Origin: an uncultured Bacilli bacterium | GTDB taxonomy: Bacteria; Bacillota_I; Bacilli_A; RF39; UBA660 | Reading direction: 5' to 3' | Assembly (NCBI GenBank): GCA_944372425.1 | Contig: CALVZC010000005.1 | Span: 332 to 64,331, forward strand | DNA length: 64,000 bases | Shown here: piece after piece, positions 27,989 to 38,309 of the stretch | Numbering within the stretch: the stretch's first letter is position 1 | How the letters are laid out: every line of letters starts with the position of its first letter | Translations under genes and position numbers: made by a program | Notes under the pieces: generated by a model | What the model saw: the letters and a program-made list of their open reading frames with translations, nothing else | Database searches by the model: none | Told to the model about the DNA's origin: nothing

Positions 27989-30653
27989 AATAGAGTTACA
28001 TGCTAAAACAAAATATAGCATAGACCATGAAAGTACAATCGATATTAAAGAATTAATATTAAAGTGTGCCAGTAATGGTGAAAAAGGTGTAGCTATTGTT
28101 GATAAAGATAGCGTCCTTGGTTTTTTAAAAGCAGAGAAAATACTAAAAGAATTAAATATAAAAAATTTTAAATTAGTATATGGAATAGAGGTAAATGTTT
28201 TTATTGAAAAACTAACTTATAAAGCTGTAATTCTATTAAAGAAAAGAAATGGACTTTCCACACTATATAGAATGTTATCCCCTTACTTCACTAATAATAA
28301 ATTACTATTAGAAGATTTAATGCTTAGTAAAAAGAATTTTATAATTGGTTTAATATATGAACAAGACAATTATAATTCTAATATATTACAATATTTTAAT
28401 TATGTAGAAGTAGATGATAAAGTATCTGAAGAAGTAATTGCCAATTTAAAAAGAAAGACTTTAGTAGTTTACTCAAATAGAATTAATGCCTTATCAAAAG
28501 ATGAAGAATTAAGTAAAAAAGTTCTTTATAACAAATTACATATAAAAGAAAAAATTGATACTAGAATCTATAAAAGTACACAAGAAATTTTAAAACAGGT
28601 AAAAGATATGGAAATTGTTATTGATAACCCTAATAAAATATTTAATATGATAGAGAATTTCAACTTGTTAGAAAATAACATTTATTTACCTGTAGATGAT
28701 AATTCATATATTGATTTGTTAGTGAATACTAAACTGAATGAAAAATATAATAATGATATTCCGTTGAAAGTAAAAAAACGTATTGATGAAGAATTGAAAC
28801 TTATTAAAGAACATAATTATGAAGGATTCATTAATTTATATAAAAAAATAATTGATAAGTGCAAAGAAGAACAGGAAGAATATGTTATTTGTGATTACAT
28901 TAATTATTTATATATTGCTTATTTACTAGGAATAACACATTTTGATCCAATAAAGCATAATCTAAATTACGAACTTTTTTTTATCAATCATCCCAAAATC
29001 ACCATTAAAATATCACCAGAATTTGTTAAAAAATTAAATATTTTTATTAAAGAAGAACTAAATGTTAATATGATTAGATGTAAAGGATTGATGAGATTAA
29101 ATAGTAGTAATGTTAAAAATATAATTAGTGATTATAAGAAAAAATATAATATTAAAATCTCTACTCCGGATAAGTTACTTATAAATAAATATTTAATGAA
29201 TTATCCAATTAATAATTGGGCATTAACTCCAAAGAATTTTATATTACCTGTTGGTGTTAATATATTTGACTTATCACCCCGTGAACTTATAAAAGAAGAT
29301 GATTCATATCATAGAGTTACAAATATAGATTATAAGGATATTGAAGAAAACTTTATAACATTAGAATTAATATCAACTGATAAATTAATGCATTTAATGG
29401 AATTGAAAGACATTACTAAAGATAAGATAATTAATTGTAATTATAAAGATAGTAATATTATAAAAAATGAAGCTTTTCAAGATTATTTAGAAGCTTATCA
29501 AAAAGATATATTATTGGATGATTTATATGAAGACTGTTTAAATAGTAAAATTGATTTAATTGAAATATTTAATATAATTAATGAAATAAAGCATGAAAAA
29601 AATATTTCTAATAAAACTAAGAAAATATTGACTAAAAACAATATAGTAATAAACGACAAGAATGCTAATTTTATTTGTAGAGGCATATTAAATGAAAGAA
29701 CTAGATTAGAATATGAACTATTGTATTTTAAAAAATATTATCCATTAGAGTACTATTATGTTTTATTAAAAGATTGTCCTTTTAATGATATTATAGACAT
29801 TATAAAAAATGGTTATGAAGAGGTTAAAAATAGAATTAAAGATTATTCAAAATATAGATATGAATATAAATATTTAAAGTTAGTAGCAAAGTTATATGAA
29901 TCAAATATTAATTTTTCTATTGAAGAAAGAGAAATAGTAGAAGATTATTGTTTTGAATTAGATAAGGAAAATAAAAAAATAATTTTAATAACTAATAAGA
30001 CAAATAATGAAATTTATAAATATTTATCTAATAATTTATCTATAATAGGAACAAGACCAATAAATGGAAAAATGCCATATATGAGTAAAATAATCGCTAA
30101 ATTAATAAGAATTAATAAAGATGTAATATTGTTTGGATTAGATGGAAAAACTAATTTTTATTTAGAATATCTATTATCTGAAATAACTAGAATAGATAGA
30201 AAAGCAATTAGGCAATATTTAAATCCATGCTCTTGCTATAAGGATAGTATTTTAACAATCGATGAAGAACGTTATATTAATGGAATAAGATATTTGTTAT
30301 ATCATAATTTAACAATAAAAGATTACCATAATGTTAAAGATATTATTATTGATGATGCTAACATGATGATAGATAAATTAATTTATATGATTGAAGAGAG
30401 TGAAAGTAAAGTAATAATCATTGATAGAGTTGAATCTATAGAAGGTAATATTAGTAATACTTTAGAAAGAATAAAAGAAATTGCTAAATTAAAAAAACTT
30501 AATGTCATACTTTTTACAAATCTAAAAAAAGAATATGAAGAATCTAACAAAAAGGATATATCTTCGTTTGAAAATAATGAATTGTTGGATAAATATGTTG
30601 ATTATATAAATATTTTAGATGATAAAGAGTTATATCATATAAAGGAAAAATAA
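27978..30653 (+). CDS. degenerate PolC/DnaE-like (PHP + polymerase remnant) protein fused to a degenerate DnaB-like ATPase domain
   Basis: RIELHAKTKYS...VAIVDKDSV...YGIE, RIDEELKLI, IAYLLGITHFDP, YFKKYYPLEYY, then IIGTRPINGK, IIIDRV, IKEIAK...NVILFTNL. GTG start at 27978 follows GGAGG. Confidence 0.75.
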   Translation: MKNRIELHAKTKYSIDHESTIDIKELILKCASNGEKGVAIVDKDSVLGFLKAEKILKELNIKNFKLVYGIEVNVFIEKLTYKAVILLKKRNGLSTLYRMLSPYFTNNKLLLEDLMLSKKNFIIGLIYEQDNYNSNILQYFNYVEVDDKVSEEVIANLKRKTLVVYSNRINALSKDEELSKKVLYNKLHIKEKIDTRIYKSTQEILKQVKDMEIVIDNPNKIFNMIENFNLLENNIYLPVDDNSYIDLLVNTKLNEKYNNDIPLKVKKRIDEELKLIKEHNYEGFINLYKKIIDKCKEEQEEYVICDYINYLYIAYLLGITHFDPIKHNLNYELFFINHPKITIKISPEFVKKLNIFIKEELNVNMIRCKGLMRLNSSNVKNIISDYKKKYNIKISTPDKLLINKYLMNYPINNWALTPKNFILPVGVNIFDLSPRELIKEDDSYHRVTNIDYKDIEENFITLELISTDKLMHLMELKDITKDKIINCNYKDSNIIKNEAFQDYLEAYQKDILLDDLYEDCLNSKIDLIEIFNIINEIKHEKNISNKTKKILTKNNIVINDKNANFICRGILNERTRLEYELLYFKKYYPLEYYYVLLKDCPFNDIIDIIKNGYEEVKNRIKDYSKYRYEYKYLKLVAKLYESNINFSIEEREIVEDYCFELDKENKKIILITNKTNNEIYKYLSNNLSIIGTRPINGKMPYMSKIIAKLIRINKDVILFGLDGKTNFYLEYLLSEITRIDRKAIRQYLNPCSCYKDSILTIDEERYINGIRYLLYHNLTIKDYHNVKDIIIDDANMMIDKLIYMIEESESKVIIIDRVESIEGNISNTLERIKEIAKLKKLNVILFTNLKKEYEESNKKDISSFENNELLDKYVDYINILDDKELYHIKEK

Positions 30654-30654
30654 G

Positions 30655-31326
30655 ATGGACAAGGTTAAAGAATATATTTTAAACAATAAGATTACACTTG
30701 TTATTACTTCACCAAACTCAAAAATTTTATCTATTATTAATTTACTAAATGAATTATCAATTAAAGGAAAATATAAGACTGTTTTATTCAGTTTTAACAT
30801 TAGCTGTAATTATTATTTACAAAAATTAATATCATTTCTATCAGGTATTAACAATAGTATAATCACAAAGTATTTTTATCCATATGTAATAAATAGTAAA
30901 AAGAATAGAGATAAGATTAATCGTAATAAATTTATTGATTCATTAGAAGAAATACAGAGTAGCAATATTTTAATGAATAGTGAAAAATATGCTGTTGATA
31001 AAGATTATTTAGATTATATTCTAGATTACTCAGAAAGCAATGTGTTAATAATTGATGATTTTTATGCATTACTAGATAAGACAAAGTATAGTCTAGATGA
31101 AATATTAATAAAAGTAAAAGAGAAACAAGATATTCATTTAGTTTTATTTATAAAGACAAAATATAAAGAAAAAGTAGTAAGACAATTTGCCGAAGTAATA
31201 AGAAATTATATTTTTATAGATGGATTTAATTATGAGGAATATAAAGAGATAAATATTAATATTTTAAATAAAACATTCAAATTGCAATTAAATAAAATGA
31301 ATCAAATAATGAAGACAAACGATTAA
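30655..31326 (+). CDS. degenerate DnaB-like RecA-fold protein
   Basis: TVLFSFNIS...LQKLISFLSGI and VLIIDDF echo DnaB FSLEMS...MLSSESGI and LIIDY. No Walker A. Starts 1 bp after the previous stop. Confidence 0.6.
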   Translation: MDKVKEYILNNKITLVITSPNSKILSIINLLNELSIKGKYKTVLFSFNISCNYYLQKLISFLSGINNSIITKYFYPYVINSKKNRDKINRNKFIDSLEEIQSSNILMNSEKYAVDKDYLDYILDYSESNVLIIDDFYALLDKTKYSLDEILIKVKEKQDIHLVLFIKTKYKEKVVRQFAEVIRNYIFIDGFNYEEYKEININILNKTFKLQLNKMNQIMKTND

Positions 31327-31445
31327 GAAAATTGATAAATTTGAAAATATATTGTAAGAGTTTATATTATTAAAGAGCATTGGAGTTTTTAAGAAAAGTA
31401 AGGGCTGATATGCTATACTAAGATTAGTAAGTTAGAGGTGAGTAT

Positions 31446-32681
31446 GTGAAATTAAAAATATTAAAAGGTACTAGTGAAATAGGTGGATGCATAACAGAAA
31501 TAGTAAGTAATAAAGGAACAAGGATTATTATTGATCTAGGCGAAGATTTACCAGATGATAATGTATCAAAATGTGAAAATCCAAATATTGATGGCTTAAC
31601 TATAGGTGATAAAAAGTATGATGCAGTTTTTATTACACATAGCCATGGTGATCATATTTGTCTAATAAATTATGTGTTAGATGGTATCGATGTTTATGTT
31701 GAACCTACTTCCAAAATAATATATAGTTTATTATCTACTTTTACACATAAGAAAATAAGATTTAAAACTAAAGATATGTTTTTTAAAAAAAAGATAATAA
31801 TTAATGATGATATAATTGTGACACCATATATAGTTGATCATTCATCATATAATTCATCAATGTTATTAATTGAGGCCGATGGCAAGAAGGTACTGCACAC
31901 AGGAGATTTCAGAAATCATGGAGTTAAAGGTAAATTGTTTGTACCAACACTAAAAGAAATTGGAAATGTTGATATAATTGTAACTGAAGGAACTTCTTTA
32001 AGTAGAGGTAATGTTAAATATAAAACAGAGGAAGATATAGTTAAAGAAGCCAAAATGGTATTTTATAACTATGACCAAGTTTTTATTTTACAATCATCAA
32101 CAAATATTGATCGTATTAGAGGTTTTTATAAAGCAGCAAAAGAAACTGACAAAAATTTTATAGAAGATCTTTTTACTTCAAATATAACAGTTTCTTTAAA
32201 AAATGATTCTATTCCTAATCCTAAAACATTTAATGATGTTTATACATGGATACCAAGAAGATATCTAGACAAATCATTTAGGTTTAAGAAAAAGTATTTG
32301 TTTACTTTTTTGAAATATAGTAAGCAAAAATCTTATGTTAATAATAAATATGCATTAATGGTAAAGACATCGATGATTGAAGACATAAAAAAACTATATA
32401 ATAAAAATCATATTACTAATGCGTGTTTAGTATATTCAATGTGGGAAGGATACAAAGAAAAAGTAGAAATGAAAACCTTTTTTGAAGAGGTGAAGAAATA
32501 TGGAATTTCTGATATAATAGACATACATACCTCAGGTCACGCTGATAAAGAAACTCTTGGCTTATTAAGTTTTCTTAAAGCAAAAAAGATAATTCCTATT
32601 CATACGATTAAAAAAGAAGAATTATCCAATATTTTAGATAATGTTTATTTATTAGATGATAATGAAATATTAGATGTATAG
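31446..32681 (+). CDS. MBL-fold (RNase J-like, beta-CASP) metallo-hydrolase
   Basis: EIGG, IIDLG, THSHGDH, VDHS, HTGDFRNHG, HTSGHA, PIHT. Confidence 0.9.
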   Translation: MKLKILKGTSEIGGCITEIVSNKGTRIIIDLGEDLPDDNVSKCENPNIDGLTIGDKKYDAVFITHSHGDHICLINYVLDGIDVYVEPTSKIIYSLLSTFTHKKIRFKTKDMFFKKKIIINDDIIVTPYIVDHSSYNSSMLLIEADGKKVLHTGDFRNHGVKGKLFVPTLKEIGNVDIIVTEGTSLSRGNVKYKTEEDIVKEAKMVFYNYDQVFILQSSTNIDRIRGFYKAAKETDKNFIEDLFTSNITVSLKNDSIPNPKTFNDVYTWIPRRYLDKSFRFKKKYLFTFLKYSKQKSYVNNKYALMVKTSMIEDIKKLYNKNHITNACLVYSMWEGYKEKVEMKTFFEEVKKYGISDIIDIHTSGHADKETLGLLSFLKAKKIIPIHTIKKEELSNILDNVYLLDDNEILDV

Positions 32682-32693
32682 AAGGAGATATTT

Positions 32694-34133
32694 ATGGATA
32701 ACATAAGTAATTTAAATATTAGTGATATTGCTAAGCAAGTTATTAAAAGATATGTTGGTAAAAAAGATTATGTTGTAAGAATTAGAGTAAATAAAAAAAA
32801 TAAAAAACACAAAGTAGAAATTGTTGTATATTATGAAGGAAGAAAATCATTTGAAGTTAAAGACAATAAGTTATTGTTAGATGGAGCTTATTTCTTTACT
32901 AAAGGAAATAAAAAAATTACACATTCTATGGAGACGGAAATTGCTTGTTTAACTAAATTAGGTTTTTCATTTAAAATTGGTACCAAGATTGATTCTACTA
33001 ATCAATATTATAAAGATGGATATAGATATCGTATTTTTGTAGAACCTTCTAGTGCTAAAAAAGGATCTAAAGAATGTTATGACAATTATAAAGAAGAAAT
33101 AAAAGAAAGAATGGAAGTTATTTTAGAAGCTTTAAAAAGATATGATAATGATTTTATATATCATTATGATAATGAAACAAATATAAATAGTTTTTATACT
33201 AAAAAAGTTGATAATACTATTAATTATTTTAAATTAAATGAATTATTAAAAATAGGTATAGATAACACTGCTAAACAAAAAGGCATTAAGAAAATCAAAT
33301 TTAATGAAAAATTGGTTGGTTCCCAAACGACCTATACTGAAGAAGAATATAGAATAATAGATTCTATTATGGAAAATAGAATTAAGACATATAATTTTGG
33401 AGTTCTTTTAGAAGAAAATAAAGAAGAATATATCGATAACAATGAAAAAATATATCAACAATTACTTATGAACAAGATGTTTGATAAAAATGCAAGAGAA
33501 CAACTTTTCAAAGTGGATAATTGCCCTTTTAAAGATAGCAATGCGTATGAAATGGAATATAACTTATATGCTGCAAATAGAACTAATCGTAAACAGAAAA
33601 CAAAAAAAGGAAGAGTAGATAATATATTTATAAGAGGTAATAAGATTTTATTTACTGAATTAAAGTATGATGAAAAAGTTATTGGAGGCACAAATGGAAT
33701 TCATAAGCATTTAATTGATTTAATTAATGGATTTGAAAAAAATGATGAAGCTTTATCTGAAATATATGACTATGTATGTGATTACAATGATGTGTTAACT
33801 TACATTAATGATAAAGAAGAATATATTATTAAAAATGTGAAGAGATTTAATGACAAAGAAGTAGAAAAAGAATTTATAATTATATGTGGATATTCAAATA
33901 GTAAAAGGAATGTTGTTTATAATGAATTAGAAAGAGTTTATCCACTAACAGGAAAAAATGCTGGAGTAGAAAAATCATATAATATATTTTTAGATAATAA
34001 AAAAATCAATTTAGAGAATATGACTACTGAAGAGTTGATTTATTTACTTAAAAATAGATATCATTGTGAAACTAAGATTTTCATAGTAGATAACAATTAT
34101 ACTAAATTTGAAATATATCAAAGAAATGTGTAA
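32694..34133 (+). CDS. hypothetical protein with C-terminal PD-(D/E)XK nuclease motif
   Basis: EKIYQQ...EMEY...GRVDNIF....ILFTELK...G.NGIHKH..D. 12 bp downstream of the MBL gene. Confidence 0.65.
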   Translation: MDNISNLNISDIAKQVIKRYVGKKDYVVRIRVNKKNKKHKVEIVVYYEGRKSFEVKDNKLLLDGAYFFTKGNKKITHSMETEIACLTKLGFSFKIGTKIDSTNQYYKDGYRYRIFVEPSSAKKGSKECYDNYKEEIKERMEVILEALKRYDNDFIYHYDNETNINSFYTKKVDNTINYFKLNELLKIGIDNTAKQKGIKKIKFNEKLVGSQTTYTEEEYRIIDSIMENRIKTYNFGVLLEENKEEYIDNNEKIYQQLLMNKMFDKNAREQLFKVDNCPFKDSNAYEMEYNLYAANRTNRKQKTKKGRVDNIFIRGNKILFTELKYDEKVIGGTNGIHKHLIDLINGFEKNDEALSEIYDYVCDYNDVLTYINDKEEYIIKNVKRFNDKEVEKEFIIICGYSNSKRNVVYNELERVYPLTGKNAGVEKSYNIFLDNKKINLENMTTEELIYLLKNRYHCETKIFIVDNNYTKFEIYQRNV

Positions 34134-34271
34134 ACTATAAATAATTTTGTTTAAATAAAAAATATGATAGCAAATACAGTAATATTAAATTTTAAGTATA
34201 AATTAACAAAATTTATAATATCTTTACTTAATTTAATCATAATGATAAAATTATTAAAGGAATGGTGAATT

Positions 34272-34850
34272 ATGAAAAAATATTGGAAAATAATAATTAT
34301 TGCAGTTAGTATAATAGTTTTTTTTGCTTTACTTTTATTAATTTATTTTAAAGTTACTTTTATAGGAAAAGATGATGTAAAGAAAATAGTTATTGATAAT
34401 ATGAATGTTTCAAGCAGTGATGTTTTTTTTGAAAGCATCGAATTAGAACTTGATAAGAATTATTACGAAGTCGAAGTTTACTATAAAAATAAAGATTATG
34501 AATATAAAATAGATGCTAAAGAAGGTAAAATAATCTATACTGATTTTCAAAGTTACAACAGTGATAACAATACTAATAATAATGGAAATGGCAATGGTAA
34601 TTCAAATGGTAATGGAAATAATAATACTAATAACACAAAAATTACTTTACAAGAAGCTAGGAATATTGCTTTAGAACATGCTAATTTAGATATTAGTGTT
34701 GTTAACATAGTAAAATGTGAAAGTGAATACGATGATGGTATTTTAATTCATGAAATAGAATTTATTTATAATAATTATGAATATGATTATAAAATAGATT
34801 CTAGAACTGGAGAAATTATTAGTTTCGATAAAGATAGTATTTATAATTAA
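34272..34850 (+). CDS. PepSY-domain membrane-anchored protein
   Basis: Two PepSY repeats (YEVE...YEYKIDAKEGKII; HEIEF...YDYKIDSRTGEII) separated by an N/G-rich linker. Confidence 0.88.
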   Translation: MKKYWKIIIIAVSIIVFFALLLLIYFKVTFIGKDDVKKIVIDNMNVSSSDVFFESIELELDKNYYEVEVYYKNKDYEYKIDAKEGKIIYTDFQSYNSDNNTNNNGNGNGNSNGNGNNNTNNTKITLQEARNIALEHANLDISVVNIVKCESEYDDGILIHEIEFIYNNYEYDYKIDSRTGEIISFDKDSIYN

Positions 34851-35122
34851 CGTTTGATTTTTAATAGAAAGCTTAATTTGATTTTTAGCTTTGGTTGTTG
34901 TAATTCTATACCTAGAATAATAAAAAAATTATAAGAATATAAGAGATTAACTAATTGCCTAAAACATGAATATTTTATATACAAAATTTTTTTAACAATT
35001 TTGTTCAAAACTTAAAATTTCAATGAAAATTAAGTGAAATTTTAAGTTTTTTTTAATAGCAATGATATAATCATTTAGAATTTTCATAAAGTTTATAAAT
35101 GAAAATTTTAAAGGAGAAAAAA

Positions 35123-36597
35123 ATGTATATTTTAAAAAATGCTGTTACATCTATTTTAAGAAATAAAGGGAGAAACTTGCTAATTGGAATAATAATAATT
35201 GTTATATCTTGTTCTGTGTCAATTGCATTAGCAATAAACAATTCATCAGAAAGCCTAATTAAATTATATGAAGAAAAGTATGAAATCGAAGCTACAATAA
35301 CATTTAATAGACAGAATATGTTAGAAAATTTTGATCCAGCAAATAGTCAATCTTCTAAAGAAAATATGAACGATATGTTTTCTAATGCAAATAGTATAAC
35401 TAGCGAAGATATTGATTTATATGGTAATAGTGAATATGTTAAAAAATATTATTATACTATGGAAACAAGAGTAAATTCGACAACTATTGAGTCTGCTGAA
35501 ATTTCATCTAATGAATTTGAAATGTCAAATAATAAACCAGGAAGAGAAAATAATTTTAACAATGTAACAAATGGTGACTTTACTTTAAAAGGATATTCTT
35601 CTATCGAATCAATGACCGAATTTATAGAAGGAAACTATACAATAGTTGAAGGAGAGGTATCAGAAGATTTTAGTTCTAATAATTGTTTAATAAACCAAGA
35701 ACTTGCAACATTAAATGATATAGAAGTAGGAGATACTATTACTATTGTTGATAGTAATGATGACTCTCTTACTTATGATTTAATAGTAACTGGTATTTAT
35801 GAAGAAAAAGAAAATAGTGAAAATTCAATGAATATGTTTTCAAATTCTGTAAATATGATTATAACTAATACTAATGTATTAAATGAAATTAAAGAAAATA
35901 ATGAAAACTTAATGATTACAACAACACCTACATTTATACTAACTAGCAGCAATATAATTGAAGATTTTGAAGAAGAACTTAGAGACAAGGGATTAAATGA
36001 AAATTTATCTCTTCAAACAAACTTAGAACAACAAGAAAATGCTACTAGTACAATATCCAATGTAAAAAATTTTGCTATAACATTTTTGATATTAACATTT
36101 ATAATAGGAACAATAGTCTTACTAGTAATTAATATGATAAATATTCGTGAAAGAAGATATGAAATTGGTGTTTTAAGAACTATCGGTATGAAAAGTCAAA
36201 AGTTTGTTTACAATTTTTAAGTGAATTATTTATAGTATCTTTTATAGCTTTAATATTAGGTGCAGGATTGGGAATGACTTTAAGTGTTCCAGTTTCAAAT
36301 AGCTTATTAGAAAAAGAAATATCTTCAACTCAAGAGCAAAATAATACTATAAGACAAAATTTTGGTAAAGGACCTATTGAAAATATGATGCCTAATATTA
36401 AAGAAGATTTTAATAATATAACTTTTAGTGGAGTAGCTCAAGTACAAGCTTTTACTAGTATAGATGCTGTAGTAGATTTTAAAGTAATATTAGAATTACT
36501 TGGAATAGGAATTATTATTACGTTAATTAGTGGAACAAGCGCTATTATAAGTATTCAAAAGTTTTCTCCACTAACTATATTAAAGGAGAGATCATAA
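35123..36597 (+). pseudogene. FtsX/MacB-type ABC permease, -1 frameshift in an A-run
   Basis: ERRYEIGVLRTIGM motif. Adding one A at 36191-36194 gives GMKKSKVCLQFLSEL and joins the 109-aa ORF. This may be a sequencing error. Confidence 0.8.
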
Positions 36598-37268
36598 TGA
36601 GTAAGAAAAATATTATTTTAAAAATAGAAAATTTATCATATAGATATTCTGATGCTGATAAGAATGATTATGTATTTAAAAATTTAAATTTTGAGTTTGA
36701 AAAAGGTAAAATATATGCAATTAAAGGAAAAAGTGGTAGTGGAAAAACGACTTTGTTATCATTAATTAGTGGACTAGAAAATGAATATGAAGGATCAATA
36801 ACATTCAATAATAAAGAACTTAGAAATATTAATTTAGATGATTATCGAAGTAAAGATATAGGAATAGTATTTCAAAGTTATAATCTTTTACCTCATTTAA
36901 CAGCAGCAGAAAATATAATATTATCGATGAACATAAGTAATTTAAAAATAAAAGATAAAAAAAGTAAAGCTATAGAATTAATGGAAGATGTTGGCTTAGA
37001 TAAAAGTAAAGCTGATAGACGAGTTTTAAAATTATCTGGTGGAGAACAGCAAAGAGTAGCAATTGCTAGAAGTCTATCATATAATCCTAGTATGATTTTA
37101 GCAGATGAACCAACAGGTAATCTAGATAAAGAAACAGAAAATGATATTTTAAAAATACTAAGAAATTTAGCAAAAAAAGATGATAAATGTGTAATAATCG
37201 TTACACATTCAGAAAATGTTTGTAATCAAGTAGACGAAATTTATGAAATAAAAAAAAGAAAAGACTAA
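36597..37268 (+). CDS. ABC transporter ATP-binding protein (LolD/MacB-like)
   Basis: GKSGSGKT, LSGGEQQRVAIAR, ADEPTGNLD. Confidence 0.95.
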   Translation: MSKKNIILKIENLSYRYSDADKNDYVFKNLNFEFEKGKIYAIKGKSGSGKTTLLSLISGLENEYEGSITFNNKELRNINLDDYRSKDIGIVFQSYNLLPHLTAAENIILSMNISNLKIKDKKSKAIELMEDVGLDKSKADRRVLKLSGGEQQRVAIARSLSYNPSMILADEPTGNLDKETENDILKILRNLAKKDDKCVIIVTHSENVCNQVDEIYEIKKRKD

Positions 37269-37367
37269 TTTTAAATTAATTTATTTTTAGTTTTTTTAAT
37301 TTTTAATATTTAAAAAGCATAAAAAGTGGTATAATTTTGTTATTTATAAAAAGAAAGTGGGATATAA

Positions 37368-38282
37368 ATGAATCGTTTTAGAGAAGTAAAAATAGCAAGT
37401 ATCGTTGGAATAATAGGAAATTTATTTTTACTTATAATTAAATCAATTATTGGTATTATATCTAATAGTCAAGCAATGATAGCAGATGCTTTTAATAGTG
37501 CAGGAGATATATTTTCATCTTTTATGACTTTTATTGGAAATAAAATAGCTAGTACACCATCTGATGATGATCATAATTTAGGTCATGGTAAAGCAGAATA
37601 TATATATTCTTTATTAATTAGCATTGTAATGATTTTAATGACAATTACAATCTTTAAAAATTCTTTTTCATCAATATTAAATGGTAGTAAGTATACATTT
37701 TCAATTTGGTTAATTATTGTTTGTCTAACAACAATGATTGTTAAAGCTTCTCTTTATTTATATACTAATTCAATATCTAAAAAATGTAATAATTTACTTA
37801 TAAAAGCTAATTCAAAGGATCATCGAAACGATTTCTTTATTACAACTTTAAATTTAGTTTCAGTTATTTTTGCTGAAAATAATTTTTATCTTTTAGATGG
37901 AATAGTTGGAATTGGTATAGCAATTTGGATTCTTATAACAGCTATTAATATTTTCAAGGAAAGTTATGATGTTTTAATGGATAAATCAATTAGTAGCGAT
38001 ACAAAGCAAAAAGTTTTTGAAATAATTAAAAGGCATAAAGAAATAAAGAAAGTTATTCATTTTAATTCTACCCCAGTTGGCTATCGATATCAAATATCAT
38101 TTACTATTTATGTTGATGGTAATTTATCGACATTTAAGAGTCATGATATTGCTAACAAATTAGAAAAAGAAATAGTAAAAGAGTTAGACGAAATATATTT
38201 AACAGTTATTCATGTAAATCCAATGAAGATATCTGTAAAAAAATATAATAATAAAAGAAAAAAGTTGATTGATTCAAAATAA
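37368..38282 (+). CDS. cation diffusion facilitator family transporter
   Basis: SQAMIADAFNSAGD, HNLGHGKAEY, DHRND, SHDIA, IHVNP. Confidence 0.93.
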   Translation: MNRFREVKIASIVGIIGNLFLLIIKSIIGIISNSQAMIADAFNSAGDIFSSFMTFIGNKIASTPSDDDHNLGHGKAEYIYSLLISIVMILMTITIFKNSFSSILNGSKYTFSIWLIIVCLTTMIVKASLYLYTNSISKKCNNLLIKANSKDHRNDFFITTLNLVSVIFAENNFYLLDGIVGIGIAIWILITAINIFKESYDVLMDKSISSDTKQKVFEIIKRHKEIKKVIHFNSTPVGYRYQISFTIYVDGNLSTFKSHDIANKLEKEIVKELDEIYLTVIHVNPMKISVKKYNNKRKKLIDSK

Positions 38283-38309
38283 CTATATAAAATAAAAATA
38301 GGAGGAGAT

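Noticed and set aside
27978-30653. Functional replicative DNA polymerase III alpha (polC/dnaE)
   Set aside because: Too short, with PHP ligands, the RGS motif and catalytic aspartates missing, so no gene symbol was given.
34555-34635. AAT/GGN-rich low-complexity repeat
   Set aside because: Simply encodes the Asn/Gly linker between the PepSY domains.
36185-36200. Programmed frameshift or phase variation in the ABC permease
   Set aside because: The A-run is only 4 nt with no slippery heptamer or hairpin. A plain indel or assembly error is more likely.
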